Positions 63,904-64,000 of a stretch of DNA of 64,000 bases are shown here, piece after piece. Positions within the stretch are counted from its first letter, which is position 1; each line of letters begins with the position of its first letter. Where the stretch lies: assembly GCA_963748825.1 (NCBI GenBank), contig CAVVKN010000004.1, forward strand, positions 32,001 to 96,000. Reading direction: 5' to 3'. Origin of the DNA: Methanotrichaceae archaeon. GTDB lineage: Archaea > Halobacteriota > Methanosarcinia > Methanotrichales > Methanotrichaceae. Under the pieces are notes generated by a model. The model saw nothing but the letters and a program-made list of their open reading frames with translations, was not told where the DNA came from and made no database searches. A program made the translations under genes and the position numbers.

Positions 63904-64000
63904 GTTCCAGGTCTCAAGAGTGCTTCTCAGATCAAACTTGCCCTGAGACCAGGCCCATGGATAAATTGATTATGGCATATATCGTTGTTAGGGCACAGGG

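Overview
A 64-kb archaeal chromosomal segment. Gene content (ftr, purO, thermosome, ABCE1, SRP54, Taw1, gyrA/gyrB, S-layer-type and beta-propeller surface proteins) suggests a methanogen, probably Methanothrix/Methanotrichaceae; the genus is an inference. Most of the window is housekeeping genes plus two tRNAs (Cys-GCA, Arg-CCT). There are three accessory regions: (i) an island after alaS, bounded by a 343-bp duplicate of the alaS 3' end, holding an AT-rich S-layer-domain gene, a hicB split by an IS66 element (14-bp TIRs, 8-bp TSD, frameshifted transposase) and a DUF433/DUF5615 toxin-antitoxin pair; (ii) an IS200/IS605-family tnpB element; (iii) an AT-rich GT2-GtrA-GT-C glycosylation cassette. 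The strongest unannotated signal is a dispersed family of three homologous ~70-nt intergenic elements (about 6935-7008 minus, 12122-12191 plus, 46195-46261 minus). Each has a TATA box at matching spacing, a GGCAAA(A/G)GUC/GACUUU(U)GCC stem and CU-rich anti-Shine-Dalgarno sequence in both loop and 3' tail, so they look like a multicopy RBS-masking sRNA family, with one candidate target in this window. Also noted: a 30-aa ORF that is almost all signal peptide (mature HVVVVKM), two small membrane ORFs, paired pentapeptide-repeat proteins with non-canonical channel pore domains, a 10-bp-period repeat and a frameshifted elp3. All calls were made by eye from motifs; no searches were run.
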